64,000 nucleotides of DNA from Octopus sinensis (Eukaryota). The notes under the pieces were generated by a model. That model ran no database searches and was not told the origin of the DNA. It was given only the letters and a program-made list of their open reading frames with translations. Made by a program: the position numbers and the translations under genes. Shown here in pieces: positions 1 through 12,540 of this stretch (positions are counted from its first letter, which is position 1; each line of letters begins with the position of its first letter). The stretch spans positions 116,932,001 through 116,996,000 of the forward strand of contig NC_043000.1 in the NCBI RefSeq assembly GCF_006345805.1, read 5' to 3'.

Positions 1-93
1 CTTAAGAAAGCTATAAATAGCGCGTAAATATTGGGATAAAAGACACAATGGGTAACAAAATTTTTCTACACCATCATATATATATATAGGTGC

Positions 94-125
<32 letters not shown>

Positions 126-230
126 AATAATTAAGATACAGTTGAATTAGGTGCTTGAGTTGAGGTACCAAGTCAGTCCATTATTGTCCGCACAGCTCGA
201 AGTAAGGTAAATAAAAAGTAAATAAGTAAC

Positions 231-346
231 AAGGATGTCCAAGTTTTGGTGCATTATGGCCATTTGAAACTGATATAATGATTGCATTGATCAATTAAAT
301 GGTGCCGCTTGAAACGGCGGTAATGCACTAATACCTGGACATCCTT
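231..346. mobile_element. Small MITE-like hairpin element
   Basis: Termini aaggatgtcca / tggacatcctt are reverse complements, with inner gtgcatta / taatgcac. Confidence 0.4.
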
Positions 347-398
347 ATTACTTATTTGCTTTTTACATGTCAATATGCGTGTTTTGTATATATGTGTA

Positions 399-790
399 TC
401 TCTATATATATAAAACTGAGAATGTGTGCCTGTCTGTCTGTCTGTCTGTGTGTTTCCCTAAAACTTGAGAACTACACAACCAATTTCATTCAAATTTTAC
501 ACATGCCTTACTTAGGGTCCGGCGAGTGTCATCGGCAAAAAATATTTTAACTTTTTGCCTAGGGCGAGCCCACAGCAATATCATATCTTCTCCACTACGA
601 TTCCCTAAAACTTGAGAACTACACAACCAATTTCATTCAAATTTTACACATGCCTTGCTTAGGGTCCATGTAGTTTCATGGGCAAAAGATGTTCAATTTC
701 TTGCCTGGGGCGAGCCCATAGCAATATCATATCTTCTCCACTATTTCAGTATTACGTGTTAAAAGTGAAACAAAAACATTTCTCTATTTT
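399..790 (+). mobile_element. Non-autonomous Helitron-like 5' region with internal ~145-bp duplication
   Basis: Starts A|TC(TC)TATATATATAAAACTG like the other Helitron 5' ends in the window. Segment ccctaaaacttgagaactacac...ctccacta occurs twice (about 457-597 and 602-742). Confidence 0.55.
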
Positions 791-1239
791 ATGTCAGATA
801 CTTTCACTTTAACAATAAAAAATAGAGATAATAATAATTGAATTATATGTAGTAAGTAATAATTAAAATCAAACTAAAGTATAATATAATCGTAACATAA
901 CAAAAGTAAAAATAGCAATTGGTATAAAATTGCATCAATGACTTGAACTTGAATAAGTGGTTTCACATGAATGGGAATAAATTAAATAAAATCAACTGCG
1001 TACTGCTTTTTGATTCACCGTACGGTTTCTTGTTATTATTATTACTGTTTAACTATTGTTATCACATTTGTTGCTTCCTCGTAAGGGAAACGTTGTTGTG
1101 TTGCATTTGTTAAATAATTGTAAACTGTAACCCTCCCCCTTTGGGTGAAGGAGCTTTGGTTATTGTTTAGAAATTGAATTGTGTCCCTGTTTGGGGAAAT
1201 TGATAATATTTTCACCGTTTACACGGAAGCATTTTTGTT

Positions 1240-1790
1240 AGAATGCCTTCGATAGAAGAAAGTCAAAAAATGAATTTCGCTGCAGCCGTCGGCGGGCGCG
1301 AACTCATTAAAATTTAAATGTAAGAAATACAAACCTATTTCGGATTGATCACCGACAAAGACGGTGAATCTAGGATAACACCACCAAACGAAATAAAAAA
1401 TTAAATTAAAAAAAAGGCTATTGTCTATAAAGTATACAATGTAGAGAAAAAAAGATTTGAACAACTGGAGGAAAACACCATCGAAAAGTGTCTTGGTGCG
1501 ACTATGAAAGATATCAAGTATCTAACCAGAGGCGGTTAATTCGCCACAATAGAAGCAAGGTTCGAGTCAACGGAGCGTGCAAGGGAGTACTCGACTCTAA
1601 CCTTGCAAAGTGGAAATATTTTATTTTTACCTTTATATGTGGGACTTAGGACGTCCCGGATAAAAATTTAAAATGTCCCCCCAGAAGTAGAGGTAGGCTG
1701 TATTGTAGCCACACTTCTATACAAGAGGGAGGACAAGATACTATTGATCGAAACTGCAAGAGACGGGCCTACAATTCCAGGCTGTTATAT
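1240..1790 (+). pseudogene. Degenerate L1/Tx1-like retrotransposon ORF1 fragment
   Basis: Hand translation ...IKYLTRGG*FATIEARF...ILFLPLYVGLRTSRIKI*NVPPE... aligns with ISYLARGREYGTVEVQF...VVLLPVYLGR*ASRVKIEDIPPE at 14590-14760. Confidence 0.6.
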
Positions 1791-1984
1791 ATTTTGAGTA
1801 TTGTTATCACTAGCGATATCAAGATATAGCCATGTATTTTGTATTTTATGTGTAGATGTATATATATATAGATGTACATGTAATATGTACACATATATAT
1901 ACACATATATACATGCACTAGCACTATGACCCGGCAACGACGGGTCATAATGCTAGTACATATATATATATTACATGTATATAT

Positions 1985-2021
<37 letters not shown>

Positions 2022-2944
2022 CATATATATATGGATATATATATATATGGATATATATATATGGATATATATATATATATGGATATATATGGAGAAATAT
2101 ATATATATGGATATATATATATATACATATATATATAGAGAGAGGGAGAGCTCTGATCGCCGTAGCGTCGACTGTGGGCCGGTAGCTGTGTACAGTCGAC
2201 CCAATGTCGCCCAGAGCGAGCTCTGGCTGGTCTGAGGCTATAGCTGAAGACACATGCCAAGTTACCACACAGTGGGACTCAACTGAGGACCAAGTGTTTT
2301 GGAACCAAGTTTGTTACTACACAGCCACACCTGCACCTGTGTGTGTGGGGGGGGGTATCAGTATGTGTGTATGGGAGTATATATTTATGCATGTATATAT
2401 GTATGCATGTAACTTCACGAAGTTTTTTAATTCTTACACACACATACACGGCCTTTCGCAAACTTTTTATTTCTTTGTATCTTTCACATCATTAGGTCGG
2501 TAGTAATATTAGCTTCGTTCGAAGTCATCCGTGATAAAGCAGACATATTCGGAACCGCTCCAGCCATGTCCTATCCGTATTTCATTTTCCATTATTATTT
2601 TACCAAACTATATTATCAAAGGTGTTCTGTTTCTTTAAAAGTGTAGAAATGGTTTATTCCGAGGAACATTAGTCTAATAGACTACTCTACTACTGTCGCG
2701 TTGGTACCATTTTACACTAGTCATTGTGAAAATTCTTTTGTTTGGTCTAATACTCTAATATTAATTTGAACAACATCACCTGGCCTTTGGATTCCTTAAG
2801 CACAGTCCAGTCCGTTGAAATAAAGCAAACAAATTTCTAAGTTTCCCGTGTCTGAGGAGAATCTCGATAACGTGATGTGCTTCATCCTGTAAGATCTTCC
2901 ATCGACTATTGCTGCTGTTAATCACATAGATATTATATATTGAA

Positions 2945-3175
2945 AGGCGGTGAGCTGCCAGAACCGTCAGCACGCCGGTCGAAATGCGTAGCCGTATTTT
3001 GTCTGCCGTTACGTTCTGAGTTCAAATTCCGCCGAGGTCGAGTTTGCCTTTCATCCTTTTGGAGTCGAATAAATAAGTACCAGTTACGCACTGGGGTCGA
3101 TAATCGACTTAATCCGTTTGTCTGTCCTTGTTTGTCCTCTCTGTGTTTAGCCCCTTGTGGGTAGTAAAGAAATAG
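2945..3175 (+). mobile_element. tRNA-derived SINE family A
   Basis: A-box-like ggtgagctgccagaa, B-box gagttcaaattcc and shared body/tail ...ttgtgggtagtaaagaaatag, with about 10 copies in the window. Confidence 0.9.
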
Positions 3176-4308
3176 ATATTCTATATTGAAAATGTTTTCC
3201 AGCAGAAGCTAACCGCTATTCACAGTACAGGACCGGTCCCTTGAGAAACCCCAAAGGAAACTTCCACCAGAATCTTATTTGTCAACAAACACGCGTAGTC
3301 ACTGAATACTACGTTACTTGTGTGGATTGCAATGGTGGTTAACGCACATCCCACAAGTCGATGTTTGTTTCGCATTTCCTACCATTAATATCGCATGCTA
3401 AGCAAATGCGATGGGCGCAGCTCTTCCTCATTTCACTAAACCATAGTTTGAATATTTCGGCTACGAGTATCGCTGGGTGGTTAAGAAGTTAGTCTGGTAA
3501 CCATGTGGTCGCTGGTTCCAAATTATAGCATGACATTTAGGGCCAGTGTATTTACCATAGCCTCTGGTTGATCTTGAGTGTGGAAACTGCACGGAAGCCC
3601 TTTATGTGTATTGTTTGCGTTATTTGAAGTTTCAGCTTTGTCACACGTGATGTCCTTGAGAATTACGTTAAGTTTTTGTGAACATATGGAATACTCCGCC
3701 TCTTACACGACTATTAAAAGGGGGTGGGGGTGTAGTTCAGTTAATCAAACAACTACCTAATCAAAAGTTGAAATCGATGCGACCATCATTATTTTCAATA
3801 ATGCGCATTTTCGATATTAAAAAGAAATTGTGTTATATCTCGGGAGGATCAACATGCCAATAATATACACGCGCACTGGTTGCATTATATTTCTTCATTA
3901 TTCTTTAGTCAATTGGTTCATCATTTAATCAATTAACTAGTCGATTCTGTGATAATCACTCGGTTTGTCAATTAATCCATTAGGTTCATCGAAGTCCTTT
4001 CGATGTCATTCGTGACTTCATCGATGATGTGCATTGTCTCTCATTGCAGAGGTTGCGAATAGTAACGAAAGTATTTTGACAAACATAGTAATTGATTGGT
4101 TAACCGAAGGATTAATCAAAGAGTCGGTTTGGTTTATTGGTTAAATAATTCATTAATTTGCAAATAAATAATAAAGAAGTGAAACAGAACCTGTGTACGT
4201 GTATATTTACTGACTTGTAGTGACTCACCGGAGGTAGAACACTATCAGTTTCAACAAACGAGTTCACATCCAGAATCTTGCAAAGCAAAGGAGAAGGCAA
4301 ATTATCAA

Positions 4309-4703
4309 TCTATATATATAAAGCTGAAGTTGTCTCTGTATGGCAGGTTTGGTAGCCTTCAACTAACACTATCTCCTCTGAGACCCTACGGCGCAAGTTG
4401 ACATAAATTGAAAGTATGATAGAAGAAGCTTGCTCTTCCTTCTGTAGAAGAAATATTCAAATCGGACGATGTTAAGACCAAAAATTATTTACATCAAAAA
4501 GGTGCTTTATTTCTATAAAAATCCCTATTTTTTACGATTTCTTTTACTACTGTGTCGCTATTTTTCGGTGTATTCCAACCAGGAAAATGTTCACTTAAAA
4601 AGAATAACAAGCTACATAATGCAAAAGTTTTACTTTTCAAAAATTCCAATTCTAAATGGTCGACAAGAAAACAAACCCGAGCAACGCTGGGCTATACTGC
4701 TAG
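4309..4703 (+). mobile_element. Non-autonomous Helitron (~395 bp)
   Basis: A|TC start, 3' hairpin cccgagcaacgctggg, then CTAG|T end, consistent with insertion into an AT target. The 3' end is shared with the 35096-37818 family. Confidence 0.75.
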
Positions 4704-5276
4704 TTCTTTTACAGATAGATTTGCTCATTATAACCCATGACATTTCCGTCTGGTGGCGAACACCTTTTCTTCTGTACTGAAATGCCGCAAGTTCACGTAA
4801 CCTCATTGGTTGTCAAGACATCACTTTGGAAAGACTTATGTCAATGTGCAGTATTTATGTGTGTTTCCCATAATGAAGTCTATGAATAATGCATATACAA
4901 AGTTATAGTTTAAAAAATAAAAAATACAGCAATCTCCAACTGTTTAGTTGTGCAGTTTTACGATTCTCTGAATATCAAAGCACTTTTTTATATTTAAATA
5001 ACCATGCAATATATTTATTCCCATTGATAGTAGACAACAAAATTATTTACGCAACGAAGTACATATGGCCTTTCTTTACGGTAATTTGTTATTTTCTACT
5101 GGATAAAATAAGTACATTTTCGGTAACATGTTACGAATACTAATATTTTGTATAATGTATTATCAAAATATTTCGCTTTATCGGGATTATAATTCCTGTA
5201 CAAGAGATTATGCTCAGATTTAAGAAGATAAAAGAGTAAGTTCTCGTTAAATTCTATATAGTTTTCCAAAGATGGC

Positions 5277-5277
<1 letters not shown>

Positions 5278-5314
<37 letters not shown>

Positions 5315-5426
5315 TTATATGCGTATTTATCTATCTATCTATCTATCTATCTATTTATATGCGTATCTATCTATCATCTATCTATCTATCTATTAATCTA
5401 TCTATTTATATGCGTATCTATCTATC

Positions 5427-5474
<48 letters not shown>

Positions 5475-5475
5475 A
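5278..5475 (+). repeat. (TATC)n / (GT)n / (AT)n compound microsatellite
   Basis: Direct inspection. Confidence 0.95.
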
Positions 5476-5610
5476 AGAGAGAGAGAGAGAGTGAGAGAAA
5501 GAGAGAGTAAATTTTCAGTAATATGCATTAATATGCATCAATAAAGCACTAACTCTATCTATCTCGCTCTCTCTCTATATATATATGTATATATATATAC
5601 CTATATATAT

Positions 5611-5677
<67 letters not shown>

Positions 5678-5719
5678 GTATGTACATATATGTATATATG
5701 TATATATATATATATATAT

Positions 5720-5752
<33 letters not shown>

Positions 5753-5918
5753 GTATTTATATATAAAGAGAGAGAGAGTGAGACAAAGAGAGATTAAATT
5801 TTCAGTAATATGCATTAATATGCATTAATAAAGCACTAACTCTCATGCTGGTTTACTTAAATACAAAGTCAATACAGACTCACACAAACACACACGCACA
5901 ATGTATATCTACATATGT

Positions 5919-5966
<48 letters not shown>

Positions 5967-6548
5967 TGTATAAATATAAGCGAAAGCGTGGTTGCGTGGA
6001 AAAACGTTTGCTTCCTAACCACATGGTTCTGAGTTCAGTCCCACTTCGTGGAACCTTGGGCAGGTGTCTTCTATACAATCGGGTCGGCGAAAGCCTCGTG
6101 AGCAGATTTGGAAGACGGAAACAGAAATCAATGTTGTCTTTGAGTTCCCGATTGTAGCGTGTATTTTCTTTGTGTCTTTGTTATTTTTTATCTCGGTCTA
6201 TAAAACATACTTGATTGTTCCAAGGAAATTAATCTCGAGTAGAATGCACGAGCATTTCGTGTCCTCTGTTTTGCTTTTTCGCAGCTCAAAAATGTTTTGG
6301 GTGGCAGGTTACACTATCTCTCTGTTTAATACCAGCAACTGGTTCATGACGTATTTATGTAAACAGTTTTGGTGAGACATAATTTCTAAGACACAAAGAC
6401 ATTTCCTGAAGGAAATATATCATGTATTTTTTTTATCAACTATATATATATATATATATACCGTTGTGTCTGGGGAGAGTCATTTTCTTTTTGTGCCTTA
6501 TAATCTAACACACTCACCGGTAAAATTTCCACTTATTTCTTTTTTATC

Positions 6549-6585
6549 CTAAAATTTTCGTTTTGTCTGGCAAACTTTCCAATAG
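6549..6585 (-). ncRNA. Minimal hammerhead-ribozyme-like motif, U3-A8 variant (degenerate)
   Basis: Minus strand: cta TTGGAAA gttt-gccagaca-aaac GAA AATT T|tag. Stem I is 3 bp, stem II 4 bp and stem III is palindromic AATT. A6 is replaced by G. Confidence 0.45.
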
Positions 6586-6665
6586 TCTTGAGTCAAGACA
6601 CAACAGATTATGCTTCAACACACAAACTCATGTAAAGAATCTTGCAAACCAAATCCCAAAACTAA

Positions 6666-6816
<151 letters not shown>

Positions 6817-6817
6817 C

Positions 6818-7225
6818 GTGCAGGCGTGGCTATGTGGTAAGAAGCTTGTTTTCCAACCACATGGTTCCGGGTTCAGTCTCACTGTGTGGCACATTGGGCA
6901 ATTGTCTTCTATTATAACCACGGGCCGACCAAAACCTTGAGAGTACATTTGCTAGATGGAAACTGAAAGAAGCCCGTCCTATATATATATATATGTGTGT
7001 GTATATGCATGTGCGTGTGTGTCTTTGTGTCCGTGCGTGTTTCTATATCCGCCATCGCTTGACAATCGATGATGTTGTGTTTACGTCCATGTAACGTAGC
7101 GGTTCGGCAAAAGAAACCGGAGGATAAGTACCAGGTTTACAAAGAATAAGTCCTTTGGTCGATGTCTTCGACTAAAAGGGATTGACCCACCATGATCACA
7201 GTCAATTAAATGAAATAGATAAAAA
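6818..7225 (+). mobile_element. tRNA-derived SINE family B
   Basis: Head ggcgtggctatgtggtaag...gggttcagtc, core ttgggcaa(g)tgtcttct, internal (AT)/(GT) tract and tail ...cagtcaa..aaatgaaa. Confidence 0.85.
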
Positions 7226-7547
7226 AGGAATTTATATCGATATGTGTGTATGTGTGTGTTTGTGTGTGTTTGTGTGTCTGTATTCCACCCACCCCCGCTA
7301 TCGCTAGACAACCGATGCTGGTGTGTTTACGTCCCCGTAACAAAGCTGTTCGGCAAAGAGGCCGATAGAATAAGTACCAGCCTTTACATAAATAAATACT
7401 CAGGGTGATGTGTTCGACTAATATTCCTCATGTCAGTACCCCAGCATTGCCGCAGTCTAATAACTGAAACAAGTAAAAGATAATATATATATATGTATAT
7501 ATAGGATATAGTTGAAGGATTAAAATTATTCCAAGGACATACTAATT

Positions 7548-7879
7548 ATGCTGGAAATAACAGTGAAAACTCTTATTCAAGTCGCCAAAATACACTGATA
7601 ATAACCGTCCGAAGGATAACTAGCTAAGACAATCTCTCAGCATACATTGTACCTGGACTCGCGCGTACCGGTTTCTGCACGTCAGCCCTAATTCTTGAAT
7701 GTATGTTGGGAGATTGTCTTAGCCCGTTTGCCTACGGGCAGTTGATTTGTGTAGTTATTATCAGTGTATTTTGGCGATTTAAATAAGGGTTTTGACTGTT
7801 ATTTTGGCGATTTAAATCATTTTGGCGATTTAATAATTTTGGCGATTTAAATAAGAGTTTTGACTCTTATTTTCAGCAT
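7548..7879. mobile_element. MITE-like inverted-repeat element
   Basis: atgctggaaataacagtgaaaactcttattcaagtcgccaaaat pairs with the right end. Inner gctaagacaatctctcagcatacatt pairs with aatgtatgttgggagattgtcttagc. Confidence 0.6.
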
Positions 7880-8053
7880 GTAATCATACTTCGTATGTCC
7901 TTCGATTAATTTTAATCCTTCAGCAATTTAATGCTTGTTTGGGGGGCCGCAACCTCCTATATTATTGATTCTGTTATTAGAAAATAACAGAGTCAAAGAT
8001 ATCTTCACAAATTATTTTTTTACTTGAATTATTTTTCTCGTGAATTATTTGCT

Positions 8054-8099
<46 letters not shown>

Positions 8100-9786
8100 T
8101 TATGTATATGTATAATACATATATCTTCGTTACTATTCAATTTTTTTCCGTTGCTAAAGTTCTTCTTTCAAGTTCTGTTTACAACATGGCCAATAATCAG
8201 ATTTAAGATGAAGACAATAATACTCGAACATCGGAAACAGTGTATCTGAACACTGTTTGTTGATACTTCAATCGATAAAAATATGCCTGTGTTTCAACTA
8301 AATTACACTTAGTGAATGTCTTTCTTGTATGTAACAAGATATTTCTGAAAATAGAGATTACAGAAAACAATATATATTAATATATAATTTTCTATTCAGA
8401 AAACTACAATAATGTGTTGTGGACTTCTTTTCTATCTCCATTCGTATTGTTTCCTGAAAAAGCACGTCTGCGTTGAGGAACATATCTTTCTCTGCTAACA
8501 GGAAATCAATTGATACATGTAAACAATATAATGCTGTTTACACCATCTTCATCATCATCGACCGCTGAACATCGCTGCTTCGAGTCCTGCGGCATCGTCC
8601 TTCTTTCGAGTCCTCTCTGGTTTGCACGCCGTATAAGTGATCGAGATCTCAACATTCTCGTTGGTTTGGATTGGTAGGTAATCTTTCGCAGATTTAGTCA
8701 TTTACAGCTGAGTGAAGTGAAGTGCTTTGCTCAACAACAGAACGCATCTTCCGACCTTGGAATTGAAACTATAATTAATTTTGCACTCGTTAGTGCAACA
8801 CCCTAACCACTATGCTACACGGCTTCACATTGTGTTTAATATACATATTTTGTTGTTTATTTTTTATTTTTTATTTTTACCGTTATTGTTTTTACGTTTT
8901 TGTATTCTTATTGGTGTCACGTATTCTGTATTTTTGTTTGTGTACTTCGTTCGTTTTCCGTCCTTTCGTTGTATACATTAGAAGCTTTCTTCCAGGGGAT
9001 CTAATGCGCTTGGCTTAGATTTCCCTTGGCGGGCTGGCCATATCGGAGCAATCTCAAGATTAATCAGCCGAAATTGCTAAGATGATCTGGTTCTTGACTG
9101 ATGACTGAGGGCTTCGAATGTCCCGTCCTGTGGTTCTTGTGTCGTCTCTGTGGTGTTTCATGTTCTTGTCCATGTCTGTAATTATTTTTACTGTTTACCT
9201 ATATATATATATATATATATATTGACATATTTTTCAATCTTATAAATTATATAGACATGCTATATAAACATATAAATTATATAGACAATATTTTTGAATC
9301 TTATAATAATTCTGCTTGTTACTCCGTTATTTTGCCCGTCTCTAACGCCTCCACGTGATTAGTTGAAAGAGAGCGGGAGGAATGGGAGGGGCGAGGGATA
9401 TAGATTAAGGAGAGTTGATGGTGAATGAAACTTGTAATTCGTTTTTTAAAGCTTTTTTTGCCTCATTTACTTAGCCTGTCTGTAAGCTTTCACGTAATTA
9501 GTTGAAGGGAAAGACGAGGAGCGAAAGAAAAAAGGAGAAAGAAAAAGAGGGTACGGCAAAGAGTGAGAGTATTGTTTATTAAGTCTATTTATTTGTGCAT
9601 AATGTATACAAAGTGCATTAAGTAATCATCGTATTTTAATTTCCTTCACTTTTCAATGATTAACAGATAAGCAACTATCTTTTGTTACAGACACAACACA
9701 GGCTACGCTTTCAGTTTTTTTTTGGTGGTGGGGGATAAAGTTTACAGAAATAACCCCAGAAATAACACAATAAGTTAAACATTAAT

Positions 9787-9815
9787 TCCGTGAAATATTC
9801 ACGGGTCCCGCTAGT
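9787..9815 (+). mobile_element. Helitron-like 3' terminus
   Basis: Perfect hairpin ccgtgaa-ata-ttcacgg followed by gtcccg CTAG|T. The 5' end was not confidently located. Confidence 0.5.
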
Positions 9816-9978
9816 AATATTTTAATTTGTTGGCTTGATTGGATATAAAGAAGAGTTGCTCAGTGTAATTGATTGGTTTTTAACCTCTTTTTAAGGGTTT
9901 CGTAGATATGCCTGTATAAACGCCTTCAATATACAGTCTGTTTATAAGTCTTCCATAAAAATTTCACAAAATTTTATA

Positions 9979-10372
9979 GGCGTAGGAGTGGATGTGTGGT
10001 AAGTAGCTTGCTTACGAACCTTATGGTTCCGGGTTCAGTTCCACTGCGTGGCACCTTGGGTAAGTAGCTTCTACTATAGCCTCGGGCCGACCAGAGCCTG
10101 TGAGTGGATCTGGTAGACGGACACTGAAAGAAACCCGTCGTATATATGCATATATGTATATATGTACGTGTGTGTATATGTTTGTGTGTCTGTATTTGTC
10201 CCCACAACATCGATGCTGGTGTGTTTACGTCCCCGTAACTTAGGGGTTCGGCAACAGAGACCGATAGAATAAGAATTTTATTGAATAAGTCCTGGGGTTG
10301 ATTTGCTCGACTAAAGGCAAGCTCCAGCATGGCTACAGTCAAATGAATGAAACAAGTAAAAGAGCAAAAGAC
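9979..10372 (+). mobile_element. tRNA-derived SINE family B
   Basis: Near full-length match to the other family B copies. Confidence 0.9.
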
Positions 10373-10674
10373 TTGAAATTTTTGGTGTAATTACCTGAAG
10401 TAATTCTATGGTAGCGAGCAAGCCGGACAAAATGCTTAGTAGCTTTTCATCTGCATTTAGGTTCAGAGTTCAAATTCAGCCGAGGTCTACTTTGCTTTTC
10501 ATCCAATCGGGACCGATAAAATAAGTACCTGATGAGTACTGGAGTCGATGTATGTTACTTAAATCCGTCCCTCGAAATTGCTGGCCTTGTGTAAAATTTT
10601 GAAACCAACGTTACACGATCATTCTACTGACACATTCTCATTAACACACAAGCTCGCGCGCGCACCCACATATA

Positions 10675-11898
10675 TAGGATTTGGACAAAATAATGGAAAC
10701 CCCTAGCATCATAGTATCATAATTTTGAAATATCTATTAAACTGTCAAAAGCTTGTTTATTTTAAAGTTTTTTTTTTCGATTTGTTATTAGTGCTGCTTA
10801 CTATGTTTTACTAAAATTGCTGTTTCTTTCAGGTATCATCAGAAAAAGGTCATTAAAATTCATTAAAATGACGGCTCTATCGGACTTTCAAAGAGGTCAA
10901 GTTGTTGGTGCTCGTTTGGCAGGCGCTAGCATAACGAAAACAGCCCAAATATTTGGTGTATCAAGAAGTACTGTCTCGAAAGTTACGTCAGCTTTTCAGA
11001 TAGGGACCGTCAGATTCTTACGCAAATTGTAAGAAAGGATCGCAAAAGTACAGCTCTCCAAATTACTGCAGAACGTAATGACCACCTCAAGGACCCCGTT
11101 TCCACAAAAGCTGTTCACTAGGAGCTGCACAAAACCGGATTTCACGGGAGGGATGCAATCAGAAAAACCACCACATTCAAAAACAAACGTTGTAAAGAGT
11201 TTAGAGTGGAGTAAAAACCTACAGAATTGGTCCCTAGAGCAGTGGAAGAATGTCATTTTCTAGGTCGAGTCATACTTTACGTTATTCCCGACCACCGGCC
11301 GAGTATACGTGTGGAGACAGCCAAAAGAACCATTTGATTCAGACTGCCTTCTTCCAACTGTTAAACATGGAGGGAGATCTGTGATAATCTGGGGCGTGGG
11401 TCCTATATCTCAGAAATCCACCGGTCCAATGGTTTCCCTCCAAGGCAGAATTAATAGTCAAGATAGTTTAAGCATTTTATTGAATCAAATTCATCCTATG
11501 GTGGCGGAACTGTTTCCGGGGGAAAACGCAATTTTCAGCGTGATAATGCACCAATTCACACAGCTAAAGTTTTACTGAATGGCACGAGGAACATTCTAGT
11601 GAAGTTGAAGAACTTATCTGGCCACAACAGTCCCCAGATCTCAATATTATTGAACATTCATGGTGTATTTTAGAAAAACATGTAAGGAATCGATATCCAC
11701 CACCATCATCACTACAAGAACTGGAAACTGTTTTTGCTGAAAAATGGAGAAAAATTCCTTTGGAAACAATTCAAACTTTGTAGGAGTCCATAGCTCGTAG
11801 AATTCAAGCTGTAATTACTGCCAAAGGCTGTCCTGCCCCATATTGAAATAAATTTGTTTGAAATTTTAAGGTGCTTCCATTATTTTGTCCAGCCCCTG
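10675..11898 (+). mobile_element. Tc1-family DNA transposon, defective
   Basis: TIRs (t)aggatttggacaaaataatggaaac / gcttccattattttgtccagcccctg with TA on the left. Confidence 0.85.
10868..11846 (+). pseudogene. Tc1 DD34E transposase pseudogene
   Basis: MTALSDFQRGQVVGARLAGASITKTAQIFGVSRSTVSKV (paired-like HTH), PTVKHGGRSVIIWG, DNAPIH, SPDLNIIEH..., AVITAKG. Contains frameshifts and stops. Confidence 0.9.
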
Positions 11899-12191
11899 TG
11901 TATGCGAACGATTTCTGCTTATGCGCTTGTAGTATTACTTGTACATTTGTATGAGAATTGGCGTGCAATTGTCAATGTTTACATCCAGACGTTTAAAGCC
12001 TTAATATCTTCCAGGTTGCCTTACGAGAAGCGACACTAAGCACAGTCCAATCGAAAATATAATGAAGCTGCTATGATGTTCCCCAAAATTTAATTTTCCT
12101 CTACGCCTTTCTATCGTGATACTATTGATAGCACAACAAAATTACCAAAGACCAACTCTCTCAAAGTATTGATCTATCATGTGCTATATTA

Positions 12192-12193
<2 letters not shown>

Positions 12194-12277
<84 letters not shown>
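12194..12277 (+). repeat. (TAC)n microsatellite
   Basis: Direct inspection. Source of the poly-Tyr artefact ORF. Confidence 0.95.
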
Positions 12278-12279
<2 letters not shown>

Positions 12280-12540
12280 AAAATCGGATTTTTTAGCATT
12301 GATAAAGACGAAGTTTTCAACAACTGACTTGAACACAAAAGTTTTATCAAGATTCATTAAAGAGATTCACATGTAAATGTTATAATTCTCTGTTGTTGCT
12401 TTAAAAAAATACATTGTTTTAGAAATTTCTTTGTGATTATCAATTATCTAAATAAATTTGATTTCCTTTTATGTGAAAGGTGAGTATTCCGACTGTTTTG
12501 TAGACTGAAAAGTAAATGGAAACTCGCTACAGGGTAAGTG

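Noticed and set aside
9020-9130. CTGATGA and cagccGAAA as a hammerhead
   Set aside because: GAAA precedes the core, and no consistent stem II or III could be built.
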